In this document: piece after piece, positions 44,518 through 53,315 of the stretch
Layout: each line of letters begins with the position of its first letter
Position numbering within the stretch: the first letter of the stretch is position 1
Assembly (NCBI GenBank): GCA_021799275.1
Contig: JAJZAT010000001.1
Coordinates: 161,431-225,430, forward strand
Direction of reading: 5' to 3'
Length of the DNA stretch: 64,000 nt
From: Bacillota bacterium
GTDB taxonomy: Bacteria > Bacillota > Sulfobacillia > JAJZYS01 > JAJYTV01
Made by a program: the position numbers and the translations under genes
Notes under the pieces: generated by a model
The model's input: the letters and a program-made list of their open reading frames with translations, nothing else
Told to the model about the DNA's origin: nothing
Database searches by the model: none

Positions 44518-45345
44518 ATGGCCAAGGGCACCAAGGCCGGCGCGCTCGGGCCCGCCGACGACGAACTGTCGCTCAAGAAGATTTCACCCTCGGACACGGG
44601 GGGGCTCGACGAGGGCGGCGCCAGGGACCTTCTCAACAAGGACGTCGAGCGCCTCGCGGAGCTCCACGACCTTCTCTACGCCGCGCGCAGCCACGCCCTG
44701 CTCATCGTGCTGCAGGGCATGGACACGAGCGGCAAGGACGGCACCGTTCGCCACGTGCTGCAGGGCCTGTCGCCGCTCGGCACGTCGGTCCACTCCTTCA
44801 AGCAGCCGACCGCGGAGGAACTCCGCCACGACTTCCTCTGGCGGGTGCATCGGGTGGTGCCGGAACTCGGCGCGATCGGCATCTTCAACCGCTCCCACTA
44901 CGAGGACGTCCTGGTGACGCGCGTGCACGGGCTGATCAGCTCGCGCAAGGCGCACGACCGGATGCGCTCCATCCGCCACTTCGAGCGTCATCTCTCGGAT
45001 GAGGGCGTCGTCGTCAGGAAGTTCTTCCTGCACATCTCCGAGGACGAGCAGGCGGAGCGCATCGAGGAGCGCCTCAAGGACCCGCGCAAGCGCTGGAAGT
45101 ACAGCGCGTCGGACCTCGAGGAGCGCAGCTACTGGGACGACTACCAGGCCGCGTACGAGGACGTCATTCGCCGCACCAGCACCGCGGAGTGCCCCTGGTA
45201 TGTGATTCCGGCGGATCACAAGTGGTATCGCAACCTGGCCATCGCACGGATCCTGGTGGAGACGCTCGAGGACCTCCAGCTCGAGTGGCCGGAGCCGGAA
45301 GTTCCCTCGCTCAAGTCCGTCGAGCAGAAGCTCGAGGAGACGTAG
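44518..45345 (+). CDS. polyphosphate kinase 2 family (polyphosphate:nucleotide phosphotransferase)
   Basis: LLIVLQGMDTSGKDGTVRHV...FNRSHYEDVLVTRVH...WYVIPADHKWYRN. Confidence 0.9.
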   Translation: MAKGTKAGALGPADDELSLKKISPSDTGGLDEGGARDLLNKDVERLAELHDLLYAARSHALLIVLQGMDTSGKDGTVRHVLQGLSPLGTSVHSFKQPTAEELRHDFLWRVHRVVPELGAIGIFNRSHYEDVLVTRVHGLISSRKAHDRMRSIRHFERHLSDEGVVVRKFFLHISEDEQAERIEERLKDPRKRWKYSASDLEERSYWDDYQAAYEDVIRRTSTAECPWYVIPADHKWYRNLAIARILVETLEDLQLEWPEPEVPSLKSVEQKLEET

Positions 45346-45415
45346 CCGACAGCGCAGCCAAAGCACCCGGGCCAGGAAGTCAGGCTTTCGCGGCGACCGG
45401 TTGGACTTTGCGCTG

Positions 45416-45459
45416 GCGCAGAGAGGCGGGCCGCCCGATGGGCGCCCGCCTCTCTGCGC
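45416..45459. terminator. bidirectional terminator hairpin
   Basis: GCGCAGAGAGGCGGGC-12nt-GCCCGCCTCTCTGCGC, a 16-bp stem between convergent genes. Confidence 0.65.
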
Positions 45460-45468
45460 TGCGATACG

Positions 45469-45933
45469 CTACTTGAGGATGTGGGCCGTGACGTGCTGGA
45501 TGCCAAAGTTCGAGACGGTCTGCTCCGAGGCGTTGATGAAGAGGTCGATGCGCTGACCCTTGATCGCGTCCCCCTCGTCGACCGCACGTGCCATGAAGCC
45601 ACCCTTCGGCAGGATCTGCGAGGAGTACCCCGTAACCCAGAGGCGCGTGCCGAGCGGGATGACGCGCGGATCGACGGCGACGTCGCCAGGGATCAGCGGC
45701 CGCCCGAAATAGTCGGTCGCACCGTAGGGGTAGTTGTCTTGCAGACTCGGGCCGTAGGCCGTTGCGGTGAGTCCCACCGTACCGACGACCGTGAGCCCGT
45801 CGATGGTCTGCGGAGTCCGCCAGGCCGCGGCGGCAATCGCAGGACGCGCCGGATGCGGCTTGGCCGCAAGGGTCATACCAGGCAGCGCGAGACCGATCAT
45901 GGCCGTTCCGACAAATGCAAGAAGCTTGTGCAT
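45469..45933 (-). CDS. secreted 3D-domain protein (RlpA/MltA-like double-psi beta-barrel, cell-wall associated)
   Basis: Signal peptide MHKLLAFVGTAMIGLALPGMTLA. TATAYGP...YGATDYFGRPLIPGDVAVDPRVIPLGTRLWV...ARAVDEGDAIKGQRIDLF. GGAGG lies 9 nt upstream of the ATG. Confidence 0.85.
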   Translation of the reverse strand: MHKLLAFVGTAMIGLALPGMTLAAKPHPARPAIAAAAWRTPQTIDGLTVVGTVGLTATAYGPSLQDNYPYGATDYFGRPLIPGDVAVDPRVIPLGTRLWVTGYSSQILPKGGFMARAVDEGDAIKGQRIDLFINASEQTVSNFGIQHVTAHILK

Positions 45934-46352
45934 TCGGTATTACCTCCAACTTTATTCCGAGATCGCGTTGTCTGTGAGAGTGTAACTTGAAGATAAGCAT
46001 GAGGTCACGTCCGTTCCATAAGCGCATGCCTGCGCCATATAGCTTTGGCGGACACCTTCTCTTCGATCCTGCCATTTGTTTAGAAGTCCGTATGACTTCC
46101 ATCTCATCTCTCAAGTCCAAGCGCATGCCAAGCGACAACGCTGCATCCACAGCTGGCAACATCCCGTACGGACGCGACGCAACCGGCGGATCGCCGTCAC
46201 CCGCACCGTGGTCGCCTCGCTCCGATGGTTTCTCAAGCAAAGAAGTTCGATCCTTAAACGAAGGCTTGGTTCAGATATGCGGACCTAGGCGTTGCTGCTT
46301 CTCCCCGAAACCTAACCCCGTCAAACAAAGGTGGTTCCAAAGCGAGCCTCCG

Positions 46353-47140
46353 CTATCTCACCTGGACTGTGAAGTCTGCTACGACGCTTCCGTTCAAAAA
46401 GCCCGGTGTCAGGTGCTTCACGAGATTTGCGGGCAAGGGCGCAAGGAGGTAGGTGCCGCTCGGAATGGTTCGCGGAAATGCTAACGTGTAAACCTTCATG
46501 TTGTAGGCCGTGTTCTCAGCCAGTGAGACAGGGAACACTGCCACAACGCTCCGTTGCGGAACCGCATACCAGTTTAACGGCGAAGTGCCGTCAGATTTCT
46601 GCTGAAAGAGCGCGTCCTGATAGCTGCCCTGCAGCACCAACACGGTGATGGTCCCGCCTGGTTGCACCGCAGTCGGAGCAATACCGTACACGCCCTCCGC
46701 CAGAAGATCTGCGCGCTTCGCGACGGCGCCTGGGGTCGGCGAAAGCTTCAACACCTTTACCTCATCCCATGAGGTAAAGCAGACGCTTGCAGAGACCACG
46801 TTCGAACCGTTGCGTTGCATGGCGAATCTCTTGACCTTGATTCCAGCCTGCGCACTTAGCGAAAGATCGCGAACAGTCCAGCCGACGGCGGCTGGAATCA
46901 CCGCTTCAAAAGACTGCGGATCGGATTCAGGTTCACGGAAAGGCCGAGCCATGTGGAGCTTTCCGTCAAGGGCGCGATTCCGACGCTTTCGACTAGATAG
47001 ACGGTCCTCGGGGACTGACAACTCACCGTGTGGGCTATCGCCACATGCGATTTCGCTGTAGGCGGCGCCGAGGTGGAACCGCAACCTGTCGTCAAGGTAG
47101 CGGTGGCAACAAGGCAGGGTATGAGCCAAGTCAATTTCAA
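46353..47140 (-). pseudogene. lipoprotein gene split by an apparent 1-nt frameshift (or two overlapping ORFs)
   Basis: TTG at 47140 (GAGGGAAG SD) gives MKLTWLIPCLVATATLTTGCGSTS..., and this frame stops at 46898. A protein-like sequence (EAVIPAAVGWTVRDLSLSAQ...VADFTVQVR) continues in the frame of track ORF 46353..47177. The span is 788 nt, not a multiple of 3, and a T4 run sits at the junction. Confidence 0.5.
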
Positions 47141-47384
47141 CGTTCGATCTTCCCTCTTCCACTCCAGAATACTCCATCAGGTGGCGCGTGCGGGCTCTCT
47201 GTATTTCCGCGCACTCTTTGAACTGTCCACGAAACGCGGGGCCGCTCCTTTGAGCGCCCGCCGCGTCACGCGTGTCAGCCGCCTAACCAACTGCTCAGCG
47301 TCCTTGGCTGGCGCCTGCGGACACGAGCGCGGACGCTCGGCGCTCCTCGCACATTCCAAGGTCCTCTATAAGGGTTCAACAGCG

Positions 47385-47418
47385 TGGGCCCGTACGGCGA
47401 AAACCACCGTACAGGCCC
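47385..47418 (-). terminator. terminator-like hairpin downstream of ppx
   Basis: GGGCCCGTACGG-loop-CCGTACaGGCCC, a 12-bp stem with 1 mismatch and no T tail. Confidence 0.35.
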
Positions 47419-47474
47419 CACAATTGATTATCATCCGCCCTCTGGTGCGCCAAAACCCCCTCTGGCCACTCTCG

Positions 47475-48980
47475 CTAGTTGTAGCGGGGAACCAGCTTTC
47501 GCCCGAAAACCTTGGGAAACTGGAGGGCAAGCCGCTCCGTCTCGCCGAACGGCAGTTGCGGTGGTGGCGTCAGGCCGGCAATGCCGAGCGTGATCACCGA
47601 CGGTGTGATGTCGACCGCGATCTCGGCCTCCATCCCCGGCGCGCTGCGCGCCAATGCCTCCGCGAAGGCGCAGATCAGGCCGAGACGCTGGCCGAGCACC
47701 ATATCGCCGCGCTCCAGAAGGTCCAGATAGGGCGAAAGCAGGTCCCGCATGCGCCTTGGCCCCTCGTATGCCGCCGCCGCCGCCAGGAGCACCTGCTCGC
47801 GGTGGCTTACCCCGAAGAGCCGGGCTCCTATGATCATCGCGAATGTATGACGGTGGCGATCGTAGAAGTTCACCCTGCGGCCGATGCCCCTGAGCCGCGC
47901 GGCGGCCCGCCCGAGCCGCAAGGCTCCGCTTTGGGGCAGGAGCGGCTCGAGCACGTTCAGCAGGCTGTCGGACAGGGCGACCTGCGCCGGATCCGGCTCC
48001 TCCCCCACCTGGAACAGAAGGTTCTCGCAACTGCGGCCCACAAGGTCTTCGGCCGGTGGTGGCAGCGGGCCGCGCAGACGGCGATAGAGCATGCCTTCGC
48101 GCAGGCCGGCGCCGCTGATCACGATCTCGCTCGGCCTGAGATGCTCCACGATCGCCCCTGCGATCAGGAGGGCACTCGGCACAAGTTCCGCGCGGTGGAT
48201 CGCAAGGCCCGGCACCTTGCGGCGCTCGCGCAGGGGCATGCGGGCGAGGCGCCTGCCCAGTTGGGCGATCGCGTCGGGCGGCATGCGGTAGTTGTGCAAC
48301 GAGGGGAACGGGTAGCGCATCGACGCCTGATGCAGCTTCGCGATGCTGCGGAAGCTGCCGCCGAGCACCACGAGCGGCAGACCTGGCTCGGGCTCGGGCA
48401 CGCTCGCGACAAGCAACGTGCGCACGTGCTCCACCGCCGCCTCGGTCTGCGACTGCGTCGCTAGATCCTCGCGCAGGAACTGCTGGTGCAGTGTCACGGC
48501 GCCAAACGGCGCACTGTCGGCAGCGACGAGCCGCCGATCCCTGAAACGGCTCAGCTCCGTGCTGGCGCCACCGAGGTCGCAGAGGTAGCCGTGCTGGACC
48601 GCCAAGGTGGTGACCGCGCCAAGGAAGCCGAGCTTCGCCTCCTCTTCCCCGCTCAACACCTGCAGCGGCACACCGGCGCTGCGCGCGAGCTGCGCCGCGA
48701 AGGCGGCGCCGTCGCGCGCGGCCCGCAGCGCGGCCGTGCCCACGGCCTCGCTGTCGTGCGCCCCCAGGTGGCGGGCGCGCTCGCAAAGCGTCTGGTAGAC
48801 GGCCTGGGCGCGCTCGATCTCTCCCACGAGCCTACCTTCACTGGCCAAGGCGTCACCGAGCCGCAGGATAGCGCGCTCCTCGTCGACGACGCGCCACCGC
48901 TTGCGGTCGTCCACGTCGACGACGAGGAGGCGCGCGGAGTGCGAACCTATATCGAGAAAGCCGTACCGCCCACGCCTCAC
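47475..48980 (-). CDS. ppx: exopolyphosphatase / Ppx-GppA family phosphatase
   Basis: YGFLDIGSHSARLLVV...AVGTAALRAA...SGEEEAKLGFLG...CDLGGASTEL. GTG at 48980 forms a GTGA overlap with the upstream stop. The track start is 49016. Confidence 0.85.
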   Translation of the reverse strand: MRRGRYGFLDIGSHSARLLVVDVDDRKRWRVVDEERAILRLGDALASEGRLVGEIERAQAVYQTLCERARHLGAHDSEAVGTAALRAARDGAAFAAQLARSAGVPLQVLSGEEEAKLGFLGAVTTLAVQHGYLCDLGGASTELSRFRDRRLVAADSAPFGAVTLHQQFLREDLATQSQTEAAVEHVRTLLVASVPEPEPGLPLVVLGGSFRSIAKLHQASMRYPFPSLHNYRMPPDAIAQLGRRLARMPLRERRKVPGLAIHRAELVPSALLIAGAIVEHLRPSEIVISGAGLREGMLYRRLRGPLPPPAEDLVGRSCENLLFQVGEEPDPAQVALSDSLLNVLEPLLPQSGALRLGRAAARLRGIGRRVNFYDRHRHTFAMIIGARLFGVSHREQVLLAAAAAYEGPRRMRDLLSPYLDLLERGDMVLGQRLGLICAFAEALARSAPGMEAEIAVDITPSVITLGIAGLTPPPQLPFGETERLALQFPKVFGRKLVPRYN

Positions 48981-49567
48981 CGCGGCGCACCCGTAAAGCG
49001 GACCGAACCGCCGCATAGGCTCTCGAGAAGGTCGGCCTTGTCGGCCAGGCGCATCGCGAACGGTCTCGGATCGAAACCCCGCACGACGATCTCGAAGCCC
49101 CCCGCCCGGGACACGACCTGCGCGATGCCGGCGGCCTCATTGTGCTCGTAGTCGAGCGAATCGGCGACCCGCAGGAGGGCTGAAAGCCACAGAAGAGCCT
49201 GCTTGCGCTCTTTCGGCCAATCCTTCGGAGCCGGCCGCGGCCGCTTGCGATGATTGCGCACGATGCCCGCCAGCAGCTCGCGATCCCCTAGGGGATAGTC
49301 CCGCATCTCCTGGTCGTACAGGACGAGGTAGGCGCCATGCCGGTGATGTCCCTTGGCGGCGACGAAGTAGCCGATGTCGTGCAGCAGGGCGGCGTGCACC
49401 AGGATGCGCTCGTACTGCTCGTCCAGCATGTGCAGCGGCGAGAACGCCTCGAAGATCTGACGGGCGAGCATCGCGACGTGGTCGCCATGCCGCCGGTCGC
49501 TGCCGTATTTGGCGCAGGTCGCGGCAACGGCCGCGTCCGCGGTGATCGAGCCCGAGTCACCCGCCAT
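48977..49567 (-). CDS. stand-alone HD domain protein (Ppx/GppA C-terminal-domain-like)
   Basis: HGDHVAMLARQIFE...LVHAALLHDIGYFV...HHRHGAYLV...LLRVADSLD. Confidence 0.8.
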   Translation of the reverse strand: MAGDSGSITADAAVAATCAKYGSDRRHGDHVAMLARQIFEAFSPLHMLDEQYERILVHAALLHDIGYFVAAKGHHRHGAYLVLYDQEMRDYPLGDRELLAGIVRNHRKRPRPAPKDWPKERKQALLWLSALLRVADSLDYEHNEAAGIAQVVSRAGGFEIVVRGFDPRPFAMRLADKADLLESLCGGSVRFTGAPR

Positions 49568-50226
49568 CAGGCGCCACCTCCCCTAACCCCCCGCAACACG
49601 GCACGCACGAGCGCCAGGGTTTCGTCCGCCACGAGCGCGAGATCGCGCACCGCGTCCACCCCCCGGACCTTGCGCCCATCGACGCGCTCGTGAAAGAGGG
49701 CGTCCAACTGACGCTGGTAGCGGACCAGCATGGCTTGCGGGTCGCGGCGGAACGTCGCTCCGAAGCCGGATTCCCTGGGCGTCAGGAAGCGGCGCCGCGT
49801 CAGCATGCGCCGCAGGCGCAGCCGCGCGTCCGCTTCGAGCACCACCGTCAGGTCGGGGCGCGGCAGGAAGGACAGGACGTCCTCGCCCCAGGTGGGATCG
49901 ACGCCGCGCGCTTCGAGGCGCACCACCGGTGTCAGCGTGTAGCGGTCGCAAAGCACCACGGCTCCCGCCGCAAGGCCCGGCGCGATCGCGTGACGCCAAA
50001 CGTCCGAAAGGTCTGCGGCATAGAGCAGGAAGAGTGCGCGCTCGGAGATGTCCGCCTGCCGCTGCAGCGTTCGCAGCGGAGCGCGCATGCCTTCCGAGCC
50101 CCGAAGCCGCACGTAGACGACCTCCAGGCCCTGCGCCTCCAAGGCGGCGCGCACGCGGCGCACGACGCTCGTGCGTCCGACGCCGTCCGGACCCTCGATC
50201 ACGATAAGGCGCCCCTTGCCGCTCAT
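49567..50226 (-). CDS. thymidylate-kinase-like protein with Lys->Arg P-loop
   Basis: RLIVIEGPDGVGRTSVV (GxxGxGR instead of GK), LYAADLSD, LCDRYTLT. ATG at 50226 follows GGAGGG, with an ATGA overlap with the upstream gene. Confidence 0.7.
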   Translation of the reverse strand: MSGKGRLIVIEGPDGVGRTSVVRRVRAALEAQGLEVVYVRLRGSEGMRAPLRTLQRQADISERALFLLYAADLSDVWRHAIAPGLAAGAVVLCDRYTLTPVVRLEARGVDPTWGEDVLSFLPRPDLTVVLEADARLRLRRMLTRRRFLTPRESGFGATFRRDPQAMLVRYQRQLDALFHERVDGRKVRGVDAVRDLALVADETLALVRAVLRGVRGGGA

Positions 50227-50909
50227 CTCGGACCCTCCGCGAGCAGCCGGCGCACCTGCGCCCGCACGATCCGCTGCTGCAGTCGCATCGGCAAGGTGGC
50301 GTCGATCACGTTGTAGCCCTGCCCCTCGGCGATCGCCGCGTAATGCGCCGCCACCCGGCTCTGAAAGCGCAGGAAGCTCTCGTACGGATCGTCCGCAAGC
50401 TCGAGGTCGAGGCCGGCCTCGTAGTGGGAGAAGGCTGGACGGCCCCGCAAGATGCGGGCGGCTGCCACCTCGGGCGGCACGCGGAAGTAGAACGTCAGGT
50501 CGGCCGGGCGGGCAAAGCCGTAAAGCTTGTCGATCCATTCGCGCGGAAGGCCGCGCGCTCCGTCGCGCGCCAGGGCCGTGCCCACGTAGCGGTCGCAGAG
50601 CACGTGGATGCCGAGGCGCAGCCGCGGCAGGATCTCGCGCTCGTAGCGGTCCGCGAAATCCGCGGCGTGGACGAGGGCAAAGGCATGCGGAGTTAGCCGG
50701 CGCTCGGCCTTGAGCCTGCGGATCAGCGGATGGACCGCGGGACTCGAGTTCCAGTTGCTGCGGTGGACCGCCAGCCCCTGCTGCGTGAGATGGCGCAGAA
50801 GAAGCTCGATCTGCGTGCTCTTCCCCGACCCGTCAAGTCCTTCGACGGCAATCAGAAGACCACTGTCCTGCGATCTGCGCCGCCTTGCCACCTCGCCACC
50901 CCCATCCAA
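50223..50909 (-). CDS. thymidylate-kinase-like protein (canonical P-loop)
   Basis: LLIAVEGLDGSGKSTQIELL, VHAADFADR, LCDRYVGTALA, PADLTFYFRVPPEVA. Confidence 0.8.
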   Translation of the reverse strand: MDGGGEVARRRRSQDSGLLIAVEGLDGSGKSTQIELLLRHLTQQGLAVHRSNWNSSPAVHPLIRRLKAERRLTPHAFALVHAADFADRYEREILPRLRLGIHVLCDRYVGTALARDGARGLPREWIDKLYGFARPADLTFYFRVPPEVAAARILRGRPAFSHYEAGLDLELADDPYESFLRFQSRVAAHYAAIAEGQGYNVIDATLPMRLQQRIVRAQVRRLLAEGPR

Positions 50910-50940
50910 CCCTTGTCACGGCCACCTCATGCCGCGGCGG

Positions 50941-52251
50941 CTACGACGCCTCGCTCGCCTGCCGCGAGGCGGCCCGCACGTCTGGCACCAGCAGGAACAC
51001 GACGATGCCCACCACCGAGATCAGCGCCACGGCGGAGAACATGCCCGTAAAGCGGTGCCAGGTCATCGCCAGGGTGAGCAGCACGGGGCCCGCGGCGATG
51101 CCCACCGAACGGAAGACCGCCACGTTCGCGAGCGCCTCCCCGGTCTGCTCCTCGTGGTAGAGCCCGATCGCCAGCCGGTTCAACGGCCCGCCCATCGTGA
51201 ACGTCGTGCCGACGCCGAGCGCGAGCATCGCCACAATGAAGCGCAGCAGGGTGAGGCCGGGCAGGGCGAGCAGCACACCGCCAAGGGCCGCGAACAGCAG
51301 TCCCACCTGCACCACGCCACGGCCCCCCAGGCGATCGGAGATCACGCCGGCAACCGGCGAAAGGATGGCGGCGGAGAACGCGGCCGGCATCATCGAAACA
51401 CCGGAGCCGAGCACGCTGAGTCCGAGGTTCTGCTGCGCCAGGGTCGGCACGAAGATCGCCGCCGACATGTCGACGCCGACCACCGCCGCCCCCGCGACCA
51501 GCGCCGCGCCGGAGACACCGCGCATCGCGTGCGGGTCGAGGAACGGCCTGCCTTCCGGTCGACGCTCGCGCCAGATGAACGCGGCCAGCAGCACGAAAGC
51601 CGCGAGAACCGTCACGACGCGCACGAGGCCGGCGTCGTCGAGCGAGACAAGCGCCAGAGCCAGCATAAGGGCGAAGACGATGCCCGCCAGGAAGTCCGGC
51701 GCAGGGCGGCGCGACGGCTCCGATTCAGGCAGCCCCAGGCCCAGGAGCAGTACCACGGCGGCAATGGGGATGTTGATCAGGAAGATCCAGGGCCAGCCGA
51801 AGTATTGCGCCAGGGCACCGCCGAGGTTCGGTCCGACGATGCTCGCCACGCCGAAGACCGCGCCGAAGATGCCGAGCGCCATGCCGCGGCGCTCCGGCGG
51901 GAAGAGCCGCATGCCCTCCGCCTGGGCGTTCGGGTAGACGGCGCCCGCCCCGAGACCCTGCACCGCACGCGCGAGCAGAAAGACCCAGAAGACGTGCGAG
52001 AGCGCCGCAATCGTCGACGCCACCGCGAAGGCCACGATGCCGACGAGAAACATGCGTTTGCGGCCGTGCCGATCGCCGGCGGAACCGGCGAGTACGGTGG
52101 CCGCGACATAGGTCACGCTGTAGGTGGTCACGGACCAGGCCATCCAGGCGAGCGAAACATGAAAGCTGCGCGCGATCAGCGGAAACGCCGGTCCAAGGAT
52201 GCCCGTGTCGAGGGCGCCGACAAAGACACCGAGGAGATAGACGGTGAGCAC
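50941..52251 (-). CDS. MFS transporter (drug/H+ antiporter-like)
   Basis: GSAGDRHGRKRMF motif A and a 12-TM pattern. The listed GTG start lacks an SD. An in-frame CTG-CTG lies 4 nt after GGAGGAGGG at about 52270. Confidence 0.85.
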   Translation of the reverse strand: MLTVYLLGVFVGALDTGILGPAFPLIARSFHVSLAWMAWSVTTYSVTYVAATVLAGSAGDRHGRKRMFLVGIVAFAVASTIAALSHVFWVFLLARAVQGLGAGAVYPNAQAEGMRLFPPERRGMALGIFGAVFGVASIVGPNLGGALAQYFGWPWIFLINIPIAAVVLLLGLGLPESEPSRRPAPDFLAGIVFALMLALALVSLDDAGLVRVVTVLAAFVLLAAFIWRERRPEGRPFLDPHAMRGVSGAALVAGAAVVGVDMSAAIFVPTLAQQNLGLSVLGSGVSMMPAAFSAAILSPVAGVISDRLGGRGVVQVGLLFAALGGVLLALPGLTLLRFIVAMLALGVGTTFTMGGPLNRLAIGLYHEEQTGEALANVAVFRSVGIAAGPVLLTLAMTWHRFTGMFSAVALISVVGIVVFLLVPDVRAASRQASEAS

Positions 52252-52662
52252 GCGGAAATTCGGGCGCAGCAGGGGTCCCTCCTCCGCTTGGCATCAGCAT
52301 GTCGGCGGCATCAGGGCCGTGCCCGCAGGGGCTACAGCGGAGCCCGCAGGCAGCGGTTGGGACGCTCGGACTTCCCGGCAAGGCCGCTTGCAAGGATCCC
52401 ATGGAAACACCGAGGAAACGCACCGGCCGCACGGGGACGTCCGAGCACGGGTTGGGCGATCGGACGGCATCGGACCGGTCTGCGCCAGGGGGCAGTTCTG
52501 CAAAGGCTCGCGGCTTGCGGATCGTGTCCACTCGGGACCATTGTAAACCATGACCAGCCGTCGCGCCCGGGTTGCGGCGAACACCTGCCGCACCTCTTCA
52601 CCCCAGGCGCCGACCCGCCAAGCGGGGCGCTGGGGAGGCACCTTCTTCCGTAGACCTCCCGG

Positions 52663-53130
52663 TCAAGCGCGCGGCGCCCGCAAAAGACGCAGCACGTCCC
52701 TGCGCCCGTGCACGCCGACAAGCGCCGCCTGGATGCGCCCGTCGGCACCGATCAGCACGGCGGTCGGCAGGTCCGTCACCTGATAGGCGTCCGCCACTTC
52801 GCCGTAGCGATCGAGGTAGAGCGCCGCTGGGTTCTTCAGCCGCTGCCAGAGCCGCTCCGCGTCCCCGGGCAGTTCCGACGGCAGGAGGTCGATCGGCACG
52901 AGCTCGACGCCTGTCTTGCGCACGGCCCCGTCGCGCGCCAGGTAGCTGAGGTACGGCGGACAGTTCCGGCACCAGCTCGCGAAGAAGACGAGAAGGTGAC
53001 GGTGCCCCTTGAGCGACAGCGTCTGCGTTTCGCCGCCAAGGCGCTGCACCACGACGGGCGGCGCGGGACTGCCGGGTCGCAGCGCCGGTTCTGCCAGGAC
53101 GAGACGGAGCAGGATCGGAAGATAAAGCAT
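52663..53130 (-). CDS. TlpA/ResA-like thiol-disulfide oxidoreductase (redoxin)
   Basis: LLVFFASWCRNCP CxxC motif, with an N-terminal signal/anchor. Confidence 0.85.
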   Translation of the reverse strand: MLYLPILLRLVLAEPALRPGSPAPPVVVQRLGGETQTLSLKGHRHLLVFFASWCRNCPPYLSYLARDGAVRKTGVELVPIDLLPSELPGDAERLWQRLKNPAALYLDRYGEVADAYQVTDLPTAVLIGADGRIQAALVGVHGRRDVLRLLRAPRA

Positions 53131-53315
53131 TTCGTATCCCTTCTTGCAGGGTCCGCGCGACCGATCGAGAAGCAGCTAGAGGACCGTTCCGCGCGTCCAA
53201 GTGCAAGTCTTCCCCTGCCTGCCGCGGCCTACTGCCGACGGGGGCGATTTCACATGCCAGGGAGGTAGACGCCATCCGGCAGTTCCTGAAGATCCGTGAC
53301 CTAGTAAGGCCGGAG

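Noticed and set aside
46100-46245. ydaO/c-di-AMP riboswitch call in the 3D-gene leader
   Set aside because: The near-invariant core elements I remember (GGGGAnCCCA, GGGGUGAAUC, CCGACAGCUAACCUCGUAAGCG) are matched only partially (GAGGCGACCA, GCGGGUGAC, UUGCCAGCUGUGGAUGCAGCG). The candidate also ends about 230 nt before the ATG. It is not reported as a feature and is left as something to test with cmsearch.
50710-52653. 647-aa plus-strand ORF
   Set aside because: It is antisense to the MFS transporter (clear motif A and 12 TM on the minus strand). The sequence is R/H/E/D-rich junk.
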